Assembly (NCBI GenBank): GCA_028534125.1
Contig: CM052816.1
Location: forward strand, 76,138,001-76,202,000
Direction of reading: 5' to 3'
DNA length: 64,000 bases
From: Lama glama
Lineage: Eukaryota
Position numbers and translations under genes: made by a program. Each line of letters opens with the position of its first letter. Position 1 is the stretch's first letter. Of the stretch, positions 61,609 through 64,000 are shown piece after piece. A model generated the notes under the pieces. The model was not told where the DNA came from, ran no database searches, and was given only the letters and a program-made list of their open reading frames with translations.

Positions 61609-63780
61609 CAGGCATATCTTGGAGATATTTTGGGTTCAGTTCCAGATCACTGCAATAAAGCAATTATCACAGTAAAGCAAGTCAAATGAATTTTTAAATT
61701 TCCCAGTGCCTATAAAAGTTATGTTTACACTGTGCTATAGTCTAATAGGTGAGGAATAGCATTATGTCTTAAAAAACAATGTAGACAACTGACAACAGTG
61801 AAATTTGTCACACTGATTGACTTCCTTTCATGAAAAATTTCTCTGTAGCATGCAGTGCTATTTGGTAGCACCTTACCCACAGTAGAATTTCTTTCAAAAT
61901 TAGAGTCAGTCCTCTCAAACACTGTCACTTTTTTATCAACTAAGTTTACGTAACATTCTAAATCCTCAACAGCATCTTCACCAGGAGTAGATTCCATCTC
62001 AGGAAACCACTTTCCTTTGCTCGTCCATAAGGAGCAACTGTTTATTCGTTAAACTTTCATCATGTGATTGCAGCAATTCAGTCACATCTTCAAGCTCTAC
62101 TTCTAATTCTAGTTCTCTTGCTGTTTCCACTGCAGTGACTCCTCTACTGAAGTCTTGAACCCCTCAAAGTCATCTGTGAGGGTTGGAATCAACGTCTTCC
62201 AAACACCTGTTAATGTTGATATTTTGACCTCTTCCCATGAATCACAAATGTTCTTAATGGCATCTAGAATGGTGAATCAATTGGTTTTCAATTGACTTTT
62301 TCCAGATCCATCAAGAAATCACTATCCATGGCAGCTATAGCCTTACAAAATGTATTTCTTAAATAGTAAGACTTGAAAGTCGAAGTTACTCCTTGATCCA
62401 TGGATTGCAGAATGGACGTTGCGTTAGCAGCATGAATCAACATGAATGTCATTGTACATCTCTGTCAGAGCTCTTGCGTGAGCAGGTGTATTGTCAGGGA
62501 GTGGTACTATTTTGAAAGGAATTTTTTTTCTGAGCACTAGAACAGTGGGCTTAAAATATTCAGTAAACCAGGTTGTCAAGAGATGTGCTGCAATCCAGGA
62601 GCTGTGGTTCCATTTACAGAGCACAGGCAAGGTAGATTCAGCATAATTCTTAAAGGCCATAGGCTTTCTAGGATTGTAAATGAGCATTGGCTTCAACTTA
62701 AAATCACTGGCTGCATTAGCCCCTAACAAGAGAGTCAGCCTGTCTTTTGAAGCTTTGAATCTAGTCATTGACTTCTTTTCTCTAGCTATGAAAGTCCTAG
62801 AGGACATCTTCTTCCAGTATAAGGCTGTTTCATCTACACTGCAAACTGTTGTTTAATGTAGCCACCTTCATAAATGATCATAGCTAGATCTTCTGGAAAA
62901 CTTGCAGCAGCTTCTTCATCAGCCCTTGCTGCTTCACCTTGAACTTTAATGTTATGATGTCTCTTTAATTAAATCTCAAACCAACTTCTGCTAACTTCAA
63001 ACTTTTCTTCTGCAGCTTCCTCACTTCTCTCAGTCTTCAAAGAATTGAAGAGAGTTAGGGCCTTGAGCTGAATTAGGCATTGGCTTAAGGGAAAGTTGTG
63101 GCTGGTTTGATCTTTAATCCATACCACTGAAACTTTTTTCCATCTCAGTTATAAGGCTGTTTCACTTTCTTATTATTTGTGTGTTCCCTAGACTAGCACT
63201 TTTAATTTCCTTTAAGAACTTGAACTTTGGTGCAAGAGAGCTAGCTCTTGGCCTATTTCAGCTTTTGACATGCCTTCCTCACTAAGCTTCATTATCTAGC
63301 TTTTGGTTTAAAGTATTTCTAGCTGTGACTCTTCCTTTCATTTGAATACTTAGAGGACATTGTAGGGTTGTTAACTAGACTAATTTTAATATTTTTGTGT
63401 CACAGGAAGTAGGGAGGCCCAAGAAGAGAGTGAGAGATGGGGGAACAGCTAGTCAGTGGAGAAGTCAGAACACACACAACGTTTGTCAATTAAGTTTGCT
63501 GTCTTATATGGATATGGTTCATAGTCCTCCCCCAAATTACAGTAGCAACATCAAAGATGTCACTGACCACAGATCACTGTAACAAATCTAATAAAAATGA
63601 AAAGTTTGAAATATTGCAATAATTATGTAACATAGAGACATGAAGTGAAAAAATGCTGTTGGAAAATGGTGCTGATAGACTTGCTTAATGCAGTGTTGCC
63701 ACAGACCATCAATTTATTAAAAAAAACGCAACACCCGCAAAACACAATAAAGTGAAGCACGGTAAAATGAATTATTTCTG
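61609..63780 (-). mobile_element. Tigger1 (Tc1/mariner-pogo) DNA transposon, near full length, decayed transposase
   Basis: Degenerate inverted termini caggcatatctt.. / ..aattatttctg followed by TA; ORF 62424-62807 (RTFIAREKKS..FKASKDRLTLLLGANA..FKLKPMLIY..WFTEYFKP..DNTPAH) and ORF 61725-61997 (ESTPGEDAV..FERTDSNFER..CYREIFHERKS) are Tigger1 transposase pieces. Confidence 0.95.
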
Positions 63781-64000
63781 TAGTCATTGTCATAGAGTGT
63801 CCATCATTCATCCATAAAATCAAGATTCCTTAAGCCATTTAATCCCTAACATACTAATGTCCTTATTTTTTAACCATCTGGTAATGTTTTTTCCTGGTTT
63901 TTGCTTCACTAGTTTTTTATATTAGCATTCTGGTACATGAGATTTCACCTAATAAGAAGAAAAGGTATTTAATTCATACTTTTAAAGAGCCTACTCTAGC

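Noticed and set aside
62424..62807. TIGD1 or another domesticated transposase gene
   Set aside because: Lies inside a terminus-bounded Tigger1 with stops and frameshifts on both sides.
459..63823. Short ORFs of the six-frame track as host genes
   Set aside because: Lengths fit chance in AT-rich DNA, many lie in repeats or low-complexity tracts, and the only recognisable peptides are L1 and Tigger remnants.
1..64000. Prokaryotic-type systems (CRISPR array, operon, defence island, prophage)
   Set aside because: No regularly spaced repeats, no gene-dense ORFs; the repeat content is clearly mammalian.

Overview
Mammalian genomic DNA: AT-rich, CpG-depleted, no CpG island, dense in interspersed repeats, with one 500-N gap at 33347-33846. 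Two tRNA-derived SINEs resembling the camelid Vic-1 family point to a camelid genome (inference from recalled consensus, not a search). I found no recognisable host protein-coding gene, RNA gene or CRISPR array, so the window looks intergenic or deep-intronic. Every ORF with a recognisable product is a transposon remnant (L1 ORF1/ORF2, Tigger1 transposase). Repeats include three young 5'-truncated minus-strand L1s, old L1M fragments, MaLR and ERV solo LTRs, hAT and Tigger DNA transposons (a near-full-length Tigger1 at 61609-63780), and many MIR/L2 relics. I cannot support a new biological system here. The best leads are modest: a well-formed 47-nt candidate exon on the minus strand, several unusual insertion structures, and a gap that probably hides about 0.9 kb of L1. 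Subfamily names are from memory and old-repeat boundaries are approximate; both need RepeatMasker/Dfam confirmation.
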